This document shows positions 8,858 through 16,176 of a DNA stretch of 24,000 nucleotides, one piece after another. Both the position numbers and the translations under genes were made by a program. Source of the stretch: Dickeya phage Ds3CZ. Positions within the stretch are counted from its first letter, which is position 1. Each line of letters opens with the position of its first letter. Location: the sequence record MN788369.1; one strand, written 5' to 3'. A model generated the notes under the pieces. It was not told the origin of the DNA, searched no databases, and worked only from the letters and a program-made list of their open reading frames with translations.

Positions 8858-10748
8858 TGTAAACAGAAAATACAAAAAGCTCTCACACATCGAGCATATA
8901 CTCCTTCGCCCAGAGCGCCATCTAGGGAGTATCCGTTCTTCTGTCGGGATGGCTTGGGTATATGATCTCAGCAAAGACAAAGTTGTGTTTAAAGACAATT
9001 TTGAATATAACCCCGCTCTTATCAAACAGTTTGATGAAATCATCACCAACTGTGTTGACCACAGCAAGACCCCTGAGGGCAAATCCCTGACGGAAATCAC
9101 CGTCACGGTTTCCCCTATGAACGGCCAAATCATCGTTGCCGACAACGGCGGTATCCCTGTGGTCAAACATGAATCTGGTATGTGGTTGCCAGAAATGTTA
9201 TTTTCAGAATTGTTTGCGGGATCAAACTTCAACGACGATGACGAGGAGTACAACAACCAGAAGTCCGGTGGCCAGAATGGCGAAGGGGCTTCGCTCGTCA
9301 ACGTGTTCTCCAAATGGTTCCGCGTCACGACTAATGACGGCAAGAAGTCTTATGCTCAGACGTTTGAAGACAACATGAGCAAGAAGTCTAATCCGGTCAT
9401 CAGCAACATGAACAGCCCTGGCACTTCCATCGCCTGGATCCCTGATTATGCTCGCCTGGGCGTCAAGGGGCTTGACCAGAACAACCTGCTCATGATCTAC
9501 CGCCGCGCATTCGAAGTCGCAGCGTGTAACCCGCGCCTGAAGGTTGTGCTGAACGGGAAGCAAATCCGGATTGATCGCTTTGGTCACTTCGTTGATTACT
9601 TCTACGCTGGCTCTGCTGTTGATGAAGCCGGGGACTGGTCTGTTGCTGTAGCCCCTTCATCTGGTACGTTCATGCATGCATCATACGTGAACTCAATCGC
9701 CACCCACATCGGTGGTCCTCACGTTGATTATGTGGCCGACCAGATCGTGGCCGCGATTCGCCCTCAGCTGGTCAAGAAGTTCAAGACTGAGCTGAAACCA
9801 GCAATGATCAAGAACCACATGTCGTTGTTCATCTCTGCGGACATCAACAACCCACGCTTTGACAGCCAGACCAAGGAGCGCATGACGACTCCTGTGAGCC
9901 AGTTTGGTACGTCCTACAAGCCCAGCGATAAATTGATACGCAAGGCGCTTGAGTTCGTGACAGCAGGGCTGAGCAAAGAACTGGCGGCGCTGCGCAATGA
10001 CCAGGACGATGCAGAGTTTGAAAAGGCCAAGAAGGATATCAGCAAGCGCGATTATCGTGAGATTGAGAAGTATTATCCAGCGACAGCCCGTGGTGATCGC
10101 AGCGGCTGCTCCCTGCTACTGACTGAGGGTGACAGCGCCTCCAACCCTATCCTGAACGCCCGTGACACCAAGAAGATTGGATTGTTCCCGCTTCGTGGTA
10201 AGTTCATCAACTGCCTGAACGCCCCGCGCTCAAAGGTGATGGCGAACGAAGAGTTCAAGAACCTGTGTACAATCCACGGCGGCGCAGTACCTGGCCAACC
10301 TCTTGACATCAGCCGCTATCCACAGACTGTTGTGGCTACCGATGCGGACGACGACGGCATTCACATCCGTGGTCTGCTGATCACCCTGTATTGCACCTAC
10401 TGGCCGGAATACGTCCGCGAGGGCAGGCTGAAGCTCCTGCGCACCCCTTACATGCGCGTGTGGTGTGGTAAGGTGATGCATGAGTTCATGAACAACGCCG
10501 AGTATGAGGAATTCCTGAAGACTCCAGATGCCAAGAAGGTCACGAAGAAGAAATACCTGAAAGGTCTGGGTGGTAACAGCACCGAAGACTTCAAGCGTAT
10601 TCTAAACAACCTGGATGCGTATACTACGACGGTCGCGCTGGATGATGGCTATCAACAGTCACTGAAGAATGGTTTCAGCGACGAGGCCGCCGATTACCGC
10701 AAAACCTGGTTTAGCGATGTTTGCCTGTTTGAAACTGAGGATGAATAA
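8850..10748 (+). CDS. 39: Phage type II DNA topoisomerase large subunit (T4 gp39+gp60 equivalent in one ORF)
   Basis: ATPase motifs 'IITNCVDHS', 'VADNGGIP', 'GGQNGEGASLVNVFS'. TOPRIM motifs 'LLLTEGDSAS' and 'VVATDADDDGIHIRGLL'. GGAG lies upstream of ATG 8850, inside the end of the HNH ORF. Confidence 0.95.
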   Translation: MVDVNRKYKKLSHIEHILLRPERHLGSIRSSVGMAWVYDLSKDKVVFKDNFEYNPALIKQFDEIITNCVDHSKTPEGKSLTEITVTVSPMNGQIIVADNGGIPVVKHESGMWLPEMLFSELFAGSNFNDDDEEYNNQKSGGQNGEGASLVNVFSKWFRVTTNDGKKSYAQTFEDNMSKKSNPVISNMNSPGTSIAWIPDYARLGVKGLDQNNLLMIYRRAFEVAACNPRLKVVLNGKQIRIDRFGHFVDYFYAGSAVDEAGDWSVAVAPSSGTFMHASYVNSIATHIGGPHVDYVADQIVAAIRPQLVKKFKTELKPAMIKNHMSLFISADINNPRFDSQTKERMTTPVSQFGTSYKPSDKLIRKALEFVTAGLSKELAALRNDQDDAEFEKAKKDISKRDYREIEKYYPATARGDRSGCSLLLTEGDSASNPILNARDTKKIGLFPLRGKFINCLNAPRSKVMANEEFKNLCTIHGGAVPGQPLDISRYPQTVVATDADDDGIHIRGLLITLYCTYWPEYVREGRLKLLRTPYMRVWCGKVMHEFMNNAEYEEFLKTPDAKKVTKKKYLKGLGGNSTEDFKRILNNLDAYTTTVALDDGYQQSLKNGFSDEAADYRKTWFSDVCLFETEDE

Positions 10749-12081
10749 GATGGTTGCCAAGAGCATTACTGTAACGGACTTTGTCAACACTGACCACAAG
10801 GAGTTCTCTGTGGTCAACAGCATCCGTCAGATCCCTCAGCTGATTGACAGCCTCAAGCCCAGCCAGCGCAAGATTCTGTTCGCTGCTCTTGAGTACAACA
10901 AGGAGGAGATCGTTGACCGCCTTGGCATGTTCGCCGCCGCCCGCACCAACTACAAGTCTGGTGGTGAGAACATGAGCGGCACTATCGTGAACATGGCTCA
11001 GGGGTTCCCAGGAACGAATAACATTCCGTACTTCGACCGCGATGGCCAGTTTGGTTCTATCATGGGGCGCGACGCATCGTCTGCTCGTTACATTTCGGTG
11101 GCTGTGTCTGATGTTATCCGCAAGATCTTCCGCAAGGAGGATGAGGGTATCTTGGAATACAACTACCTTGGTGAAGAAAAGCTGGAGCCGAAGTTCTTCC
11201 TCCCCATTCTTCCCATGTTCCTCGTGAATGGTATTAATGGCATCGGCTCCGGTTATGCCACCGACACCCCGTGCCATTGCGTTAAGTCCGTGCTGAATGC
11301 CCTGAGAGCGCTTCTCCGTGGCGAAGACCCGAAAGACTTAAAACCGTATTGGAACGGCTACAAAGGGGAGACAGGCTATACTGAGGAAGGAAGAGCATAC
11401 AGTCGTGGTCTGTTCACTCGCGTCAATGCCACCACCCTCAACATCACAGAAGTCCCTATCGGCTGGTTCGCCAAAACCTATGAGACCAAAGTGCTGTTGC
11501 CTCTGTACAAGGCGGGTGTCCTCACTGAGTACGCAAACGACACGACGGAGGATGGTTGGGACATCACTGTTGTGTTCAAGCGCGGCGAACTCTCTAAGCT
11601 GAGTGACGAGCAGGTTGAGCAGATGTTCAAACTGTATTCGGCTAACAAGCCTGTTTGGACTGCTTGGGATGAAGACGGGGTGATCCACCGCTATGCGGGT
11701 TGGCAGGATATGTTGTTGCCATTCTTCAACTATCGCTTGGCTCGCTACGAAGACCGTCGCCAGTACATGCTGAAGGATATGGCAGACAGGATCCATAAGC
11801 TGAACAACCGTGCTCTGTTTATCGCATGGGCTGTAGTGACTGACATGCGTCGGAGCCTTGATGAACTGAAGGCATTGTTCCAGACGGACTACCCGGACTT
11901 TGATGGTGACCTTGACGAGTTGTTCAAGATGCCTCTGTCGTCTATTACTCTGGACGCCCGTGAGCGCCTGCTCAAGCAGATAGAGAACCTTGAAGCACAA
12001 CACAAGGAATTAAGTAAGAAAGAGGACATCGATCTTTACACTGAAGACCTTGATGACCTTGAAAAGGCTCTTGGCCTATAA
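10741..12081 (+). CDS. 52: Phage type II DNA topoisomerase medium subunit (gp52/GyrA-like)
   Basis: 'VNSIRQIPQLIDSLKPSQRKILFAAL' and 'GSIMGRDASSARYISV' (catalytic Tyr context). Starts at ATG 10741 (or 10750), overlapping the large-subunit stop. Confidence 0.93.
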   Translation: MNKMVAKSITVTDFVNTDHKEFSVVNSIRQIPQLIDSLKPSQRKILFAALEYNKEEIVDRLGMFAAARTNYKSGGENMSGTIVNMAQGFPGTNNIPYFDRDGQFGSIMGRDASSARYISVAVSDVIRKIFRKEDEGILEYNYLGEEKLEPKFFLPILPMFLVNGINGIGSGYATDTPCHCVKSVLNALRALLRGEDPKDLKPYWNGYKGETGYTEEGRAYSRGLFTRVNATTLNITEVPIGWFAKTYETKVLLPLYKAGVLTEYANDTTEDGWDITVVFKRGELSKLSDEQVEQMFKLYSANKPVWTAWDEDGVIHRYAGWQDMLLPFFNYRLARYEDRRQYMLKDMADRIHKLNNRALFIAWAVVTDMRRSLDELKALFQTDYPDFDGDLDELFKMPLSSITLDARERLLKQIENLEAQHKELSKKEDIDLYTEDLDDLEKALGL

Positions 12082-12085
12082 CATC

Positions 12086-12103
12086 GGAGGGGTTCGCCCC
12101 TCC
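12086..12103 (+). terminator. Hairpin after topoisomerase medium subunit; terminator or 3'-end stabiliser
   Basis: GGAGGGG-TTCG-CCCCTCC, 7-bp perfect GC-rich stem, but no U-tract (TCACC follows). Confidence 0.5.
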
Positions 12104-12123
12104 TCACCTGCGAGGGTTGTGCT

Positions 12124-12411
12124 ATGTTCTATCTCCGCTCCTGTGCTCCAATCGTGTTCTTCATATTCCTTCTTGACATTCTGATCCCTCGCTTCATCAA
12201 AGAAGAGGTGGCGTTCGGCCTCCTTGGTGAAACAGAAGACCCAGAGATCGATGAATACTACCCAATGTGTGCTCTGAAGGATATCGAGGAAGGAGAAGAT
12301 GTCGCTATGATCGGCACCATGCGTTCTTTCAACCTGTTTGGGTTCGCACTCTTCCCGAAACTGATCGGTGAACTGCGTCCATACGATCCTGAAGCCACTG
12401 TAGAGGGTTAA
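12124..12411 (+). CDS. Hypothetical protein with N-terminal hydrophobic segment
   Basis: MFYLRSCAPIVFFIFLLDILIP... in an open frame between the topoisomerase and the next ORF. Confidence 0.55.
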   Translation: MFYLRSCAPIVFFIFLLDILIPRFIKEEVAFGLLGETEDPEIDEYYPMCALKDIEEGEDVAMIGTMRSFNLFGFALFPKLIGELRPYDPEATVEG

Positions 12412-12413
12412 TC

Positions 12414-12653
12414 ATGTCACAGCTTCTGAGTCCTAAACTTCTGTCCATGGGCGGTTCCCTATATTTTCACTGCCCTGGATGTAATATGCTTCACCCATAC
12501 CGCATTAAGGGCGAAGCCCAAGGTCCGATGTGGTCGTGGAACAACAATGTTGATTTTCCCACGTTCACGCCAAGCCTGCTGGTGGCTTCACTTCCGTCAA
12601 AGGCGACCCATGGGATACCAGGACAGGGGCTTCCCTACTCACCAAGGGGCTGA
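12414..12653 (+). CDS. Small hypothetical protein with Cys motif; possibly a truncated gene
   Basis: 'GGSLYFHCPGCNMLHPYRIKGEAQGPMWSWNNNVDFPTFTPSLLV' looks like the conserved N-terminal part of a small phage protein. It ends abruptly, while a second open frame (-1) continues to 12757. Confidence 0.5.
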   Translation: MSQLLSPKLLSMGGSLYFHCPGCNMLHPYRIKGEAQGPMWSWNNNVDFPTFTPSLLVASLPSKATHGIPGQGLPYSPRG

Positions 12654-12767
12654 TCGAACCAGCTGGCTCAATGGTTCATGACGGTTCGTACAAGAACTGG
12701 CCGAACACTGAGGTGACGTTCTATCGCCTGACCGAACTCGGTAAATCTTATCTCTGAGGGATTTATT

Positions 12768-13328
12768 ATGCCTGGGAAATTAGTATATGGAGTCGGTATA
12801 AACGATTTAAGTGGTTGCAGCAACACCGACGCATACCATAAGTGGAGTTCCATGATCCAGCGTTGCTATGATGCCAAATGGCATGCCAAGTTCCCCACTT
12901 ACCAAAATTGTTTCGTGAAACCGGAATGGCTTTATTTCAGTAACTTCAAAAATTGGTTTGATGAGCAACGCTTCGAAATTGGTTGGCAACTTGACAAGGA
13001 TTTATTGATCAGTGGGAATACAATGTATGGTCCGGATTCTTGTATTCTCGTCCCTCGTTGGGTGAATATACTTGTCACCGACAGCCTAGCCAAAAGGGGT
13101 GTTTTGCCGATAGGTGTCAGTTACCACAAATGTAGTGGGAAATATCAAGCACAATTAAAGAAGGATGGCATTAAGAACCATTTGGGTTATTTCAATAACC
13201 CTGAAGACGCTTATCTTATTTGGATGAGAAACAAACTAGATTATGTGGCAGACAAAAAGAAGTCATTGGACGCCATCGACAAACGGCTATACCACAGAAT
13301 AGTTGAAATTATTAAGGAACAACGATGA
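12768..13328 (+). CDS. AP2-domain/HNH-like mobile endonuclease, putative
   Basis: 'YHKWSSMIQRCYDAKW...PTYQNCFVKPEWLYFSNFKNWFDEQ...QLDKDLLISGNTMYGPDSCILVPRWVN' matches the phage HNH/AP2 protein pattern. The C-terminal 'GVLPIGVSYHKCSGKYQAQLKKDGIKNHLGYFNNPEDAYLIW' is AP2-like. Confidence 0.75.
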   Translation: MPGKLVYGVGINDLSGCSNTDAYHKWSSMIQRCYDAKWHAKFPTYQNCFVKPEWLYFSNFKNWFDEQRFEIGWQLDKDLLISGNTMYGPDSCILVPRWVNILVTDSLAKRGVLPIGVSYHKCSGKYQAQLKKDGIKNHLGYFNNPEDAYLIWMRNKLDYVADKKKSLDAIDKRLYHRIVEIIKEQR

Positions 13329-13639
13329 CCCCATTAAAAGAGATGTATGAGCGCCTGGCTGAACTGCAGGCGAAGGAAAAGCGATTCTCAGAAGAAGAGT
13401 CTGAAATCGCCGAGCTGAACAACCTGATCGCCACTCGCGAGAAGTATCTGCAGCGCTACATCAATCACCCGCCGCGCATGGTAGATCGCGTCAGCACAAT
13501 CATGGACCTGGATGAAGTTACTCCTGGCAAAGAAATCATTGTCAGGGAAGTTCATCAGATGGTCGCTATGGGTCAGATCTTCGGTCACGCAGACCAGGAC
13601 GACATGATCTTCCTCCTTGAAAAGAAACTGGTGTTGTAA
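13325..13639 (+). CDS. Hypothetical coiled-coil-like protein
   Basis: ATGA overlap with the AP2-type ORF. Glu/Lys-rich N-terminus. Confidence 0.6.
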   Translation: MTPLKEMYERLAELQAKEKRFSEEESEIAELNNLIATREKYLQRYINHPPRMVDRVSTIMDLDEVTPGKEIIVREVHQMVAMGQIFGHADQDDMIFLLEKKLVL

Positions 13640-14145
13640 TGGCTATCAAACCCCGTATGTTGTTTGCGCATATGCGCTCGGCTCATGCATACGCTCTGTC
13701 CAGCTATGCACAGCGCCTGAAGGTCGGTTGTGTTATCGTTGATGAACAGACTGACCAACCTGTTGCCATCGGATGGAACGGGACTGCTCCTGGCGCTCCT
13801 AATGTCTGTGAGCAAGAAGTGGATGGCGAGTTGGTATCAGTCGGGGTTGTCCATGCAGAAGAGAACGCTTTGATGCGCATCCCTGAAGCATTGGACAATC
13901 GTGTTGATCTGACGATGTTCGTCTCACACAGCCCATGCCCTGTTTGTACTCAGCTGATAATCAAAAGCTGCGCTATCAAGAAGGTCATCTACAATGTACC
14001 GTACCGGATCACAGACGGCATTATTGAAATGCTGGCTGCTGGCATTGAAGTATACCGCATGGTCGACCAGTTTGCTGTAGTCCAGCATTCTGTGAAGAAC
14101 GGCGAACTGGTATCCACCCCTGTTTTAGTGAACCCTGACAAGTAA
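13639..14145 (+). CDS. cd: dCMP/cytidine deaminase family protein
   Basis: Zinc-deaminase motifs 'VVHAEENAL' and 'SHSPCPVC'. 'RSAHAYALSSYAQRLKVGCVIV' is typical of dCMP deaminases. Confidence 0.85.
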   Translation: MAIKPRMLFAHMRSAHAYALSSYAQRLKVGCVIVDEQTDQPVAIGWNGTAPGAPNVCEQEVDGELVSVGVVHAEENALMRIPEALDNRVDLTMFVSHSPCPVCTQLIIKSCAIKKVIYNVPYRITDGIIEMLAAGIEVYRMVDQFAVVQHSVKNGELVSTPVLVNPDK

Positions 14146-14155
14146 GGAATTTATC

Positions 14156-14563
14156 ATGCGTTATGTAGATCGTATGCTCGGCAAAGACGAGCAAGTTATT
14201 GCCTTCACCCGCCCGACTTGGTGGAGCGGTTTCTGGATGTACGTGTTGGTCGTGCTGCTGTTTGTTCCGACCTTCGGTGTCAGTCTGCTGTTCCTGATCC
14301 CGACTGTGCTGAACGTCCTGACCACCGAATTCGCTGTGACCAACAAGCGTGTCATCGTCAAGCGCGGTTTCATCCGTCGTGATGCCGATGAGCTGCGCAT
14401 CGGTAAGGTGGAGACAGTGAAGGTTGACCAGTCCATCACAGGCCGCATCCTGGGCTTCTCTACCATCAGTGTGATTGGCACGGGCGGCACCCGCCTGCTG
14501 GCCACGGGTTGTGCTGGTGGTAATGCATTCCGCCAGAAGATCTACGATCACCTGGACGACTGA
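14156..14563 (+). CDS. Bacterial PH-domain (YdbS/bPH2-like) membrane protein
   Basis: 'RPTWWSGFWMYVLVVLLFVPTFGVSLLFLIPTVLNVLTTEFAVTNKRVIVKRGFIRRDADELRIGKVETVKVDQSITGRILGFSTISVIGTGG' is the classic two-TM plus bPH arrangement. Confidence 0.8.
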   Translation: MRYVDRMLGKDEQVIAFTRPTWWSGFWMYVLVVLLFVPTFGVSLLFLIPTVLNVLTTEFAVTNKRVIVKRGFIRRDADELRIGKVETVKVDQSITGRILGFSTISVIGTGGTRLLATGCAGGNAFRQKIYDHLDD

Positions 14564-14565
14564 TT

Positions 14566-14778
14566 ATGATCACTTCAGGCTACACCATCGATCTATATTG
14601 TGAATGCTCTGACTGTAAGTCATGCAGCTGGGCTTGGGAAGAGCATCGCCCCAAGTGTGGGTTCAGGCAGTATTCTGGTGAGACTTGGGGTGAGTGTGTC
14701 AGATTGGCTCGGGCTGATGGTCGGCAAATCGGGCGCGACAGACATACCTGTTACGCCCCTGGCCACAAGAGAAGTTAA
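14566..14778 (+). CDS. Small Cys-rich hypothetical protein
   Basis: MITSGYTIDLYCECSDCKSCSW...CGFRQ. Starts 3 nt after the PH-domain ORF. Its stop overlaps the convergent gp4-like gene's stop. Confidence 0.5.
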   Translation: MITSGYTIDLYCECSDCKSCSWAWEEHRPKCGFRQYSGETWGECVRLARADGRQIGRDRHTCYAPGHKRS

Positions 14779-15389
14779 GGTAAGAGCAATCCATCATCCC
14801 GCTCCGTTGGGGCGGGTTTAATCTCCTTCCGCATCTGTTCCTTCAGCACCCTGACACGCTCAGCATGGCGACGGTCTTGCATCTCCATATCCCGTTTCTT
14901 CTTCGACTTCAGCTCAAACTGTTTGCGTACATCAGGATCTTCACCTGGGACGAGGTGCTCTTCAGTCCAGATAATGAACTTCCAGTTCTTCTTGGCGCAT
15001 AGTTCACGGGTAGCCTCCCACTTGGCAGAGTTGACCAGCCAGGTTCGCATCGCATTGTTGAATGTCGACTCCTTCATGTTCGGAATCTTCTTCGGCTGCT
15101 TGATCTGATCCTTCGGCTTTATCTCAATGAGGGTGACCTGCAGTTCCTCTTGCCCTTCACGGCGCGTCCAGACCTTGAGGTCCATGAAGTAACGATGGGT
15201 GCGTCCGTCGACTGGAGACACGTATGGGATTACACAGGTTTCCGAACTCCACTTCACTATTCCAGAATTCGTATCACAGAATTTGAATGCCACCAACTCC
15301 AGAGAAGAGCGGAAGACTATATCCTTTGGGTTCCCGACATATTTGCTTGGGTTGATGGGAACATATTTTCCCTGAAGATATTGGGACAT
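14775..15389 (-). CDS. 4: Head completion protein, T4 gp4-like, putative nuclease fold
   Basis: 'MSQYLQGKYVPINPSKYVGNPKDIVFRSSLELVAFKFCD', 'RYFMDLKVW', 'LIEIKPKDQ', 'AKWEATRELCAKKNWKFIIWTEE' show a TnsA-like/PD-(D/E)xK pattern. Natural ATG at 15389 (track ORF extends to 15404). Confidence 0.8.
   Translation of the reverse strand: MSQYLQGKYVPINPSKYVGNPKDIVFRSSLELVAFKFCDTNSGIVKWSSETCVIPYVSPVDGRTHRYFMDLKVWTRREGQEELQVTLIEIKPKDQIKQPKKIPNMKESTFNNAMRTWLVNSAKWEATRELCAKKNWKFIIWTEEHLVPGEDPDVRKQFELKSKKKRDMEMQDRRHAERVRVLKEQMRKEIKPAPTERDDGLLLP
14798..14820 (+). terminator. Hairpin terminator for plus-strand RNA, inside the 3' end of the convergent gene
   Basis: CCCGCTCC-GTT-GGGGCGGG (8 bp with one U.G), followed by TTTAAT. 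Confidence 0.6.
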
Positions 15390-16126
15390 TACGCTTTCCT
15401 CCAAAGTTTGTGGGTCATGTTTCTGCCGCTATGTACATGTCTCATCGAACCTTCACTCAGGCCATTCTCTTTACAAAATTTAGCGAGATTAAAGACGGTT
15501 ACAACAATCCCCTCGGGGTTCATGAATTTAAATTCCCTAGCATTTGCCTTGGAAATGTTTTCTCTTCCTTCCTTTGTCACCGCACCCTTGCAATTAGAAT
15601 AATCAACCAAACCATCTTCAACAAGCCTCTTATTGGATTTTCGTATCTTATCCCTTGTCTGTTGGTCTACAACGCACCCGAAACGAGGATTATTCTCTCC
15701 CGAACGATTCTTTCCGAACCAGAAATTCCGTTCTCCACGAACCCCCTTTTTCGCGTTAATCCTTTTCTGTTCTTCTATCGGTTTAGCCAACATTGTTTCC
15801 TGGGCTTTCTTAGAATAAATGCTTCTCTTAGAAGGATCTGAATTGATATGATTGAATGAACCATACCCACCGCATGTTAGGTTGTATGTATCCGGCCTGT
15901 CTATGAATTCTTGTGTGACGATCCTGGCTTCTTCGGCGTACATCTCCTCGGATGTGTCACATATCTTCAAGATATCTTTTCTAAAGTTGTCGACACCATG
16001 TTTCCTAATTGCTCTCATTATCATATTACCGGATCCCATATAACCGTCATCCGGTTCACCTTTGTGAGCACCAACATATATCTTGCCGTTTAGAAGATTC
16101 GTTATTTGGTAGACAAAGTATCTCAT
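15389..16126 (-). CDS. GIY-YIG homing endonuclease (Seg-like), putative
   Basis: 'MRYFVYQITNLLNGKIYVGAHKGEPDDGYMGSGNMIMRAIRKHGVDNFRKDIL' is the GIY-YIG N-terminus. C-terminal segment resembles NUMOD motifs (FNLAKFCKENGLSEGSMRHVHSGRNMTHKLWRK). Confidence 0.85.
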   Translation of the reverse strand: MRYFVYQITNLLNGKIYVGAHKGEPDDGYMGSGNMIMRAIRKHGVDNFRKDILKICDTSEEMYAEEARIVTQEFIDRPDTYNLTCGGYGSFNHINSDPSKRSIYSKKAQETMLAKPIEEQKRINAKKGVRGERNFWFGKNRSGENNPRFGCVVDQQTRDKIRKSNKRLVEDGLVDYSNCKGAVTKEGRENISKANAREFKFMNPEGIVVTVFNLAKFCKENGLSEGSMRHVHSGRNMTHKLWRKA

Positions 16127-16134
16127 AATCTAGT

Positions 16135-16142
16135 CCTAAATA
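16135..16142 (+). promoter_or_regulatory. Candidate T4-type late promoter -10 element (CCTAAATA) for the gp48-like gene
   Basis: 6/8 match to TATAAATA, 35 nt upstream of ATG 16177. Confidence 0.35.
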
Positions 16143-16158
16143 GCCGTAACACTCTATC

Positions 16159-16166
16159 TATTTAAG
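16159..16166 (-). promoter_or_regulatory. Candidate T4-type late promoter -10 element (CTTAAATA) for the GIY-YIG/gp4 transcript
   Basis: 6/8 match to TATAAATA on the minus strand, upstream of ATG 16126. Confidence 0.35.
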
Positions 16167-16176
16167 GGCTGAGACC

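Noticed and set aside
9001-9020. AATATAAC-like AT-rich stretches inside coding genes as promoters
   Set aside because: They are within well-supported CDSs with no spacing or context evidence.
11338-12003. 221-aa minus-strand ORF inside topoisomerase medium subunit
   Set aside because: Antisense shadow ORF caused by codon bias of a clear gp52-like gene.
8850-12081. Possible intron or intein splitting the topoisomerase genes
   Set aside because: Both subunits read continuously through their conserved motifs; no intein termini or interrupted motif was seen.
12560-12650. Programmed -1 ribosomal frameshift joining the two open frames
   Set aside because: No good X_XXY_YYZ slippery heptamer in the correct frame was found by eye; a mutation or deletion remnant is simpler.
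15150-15841. Plus-strand ORFs (150 aa and 143 aa) opposite the gp4-like and GIY-YIG genes
   Set aside because: They overlap recognisable minus-strand genes (GIY-YIG motif, gp4 pattern) and show no protein-like features.
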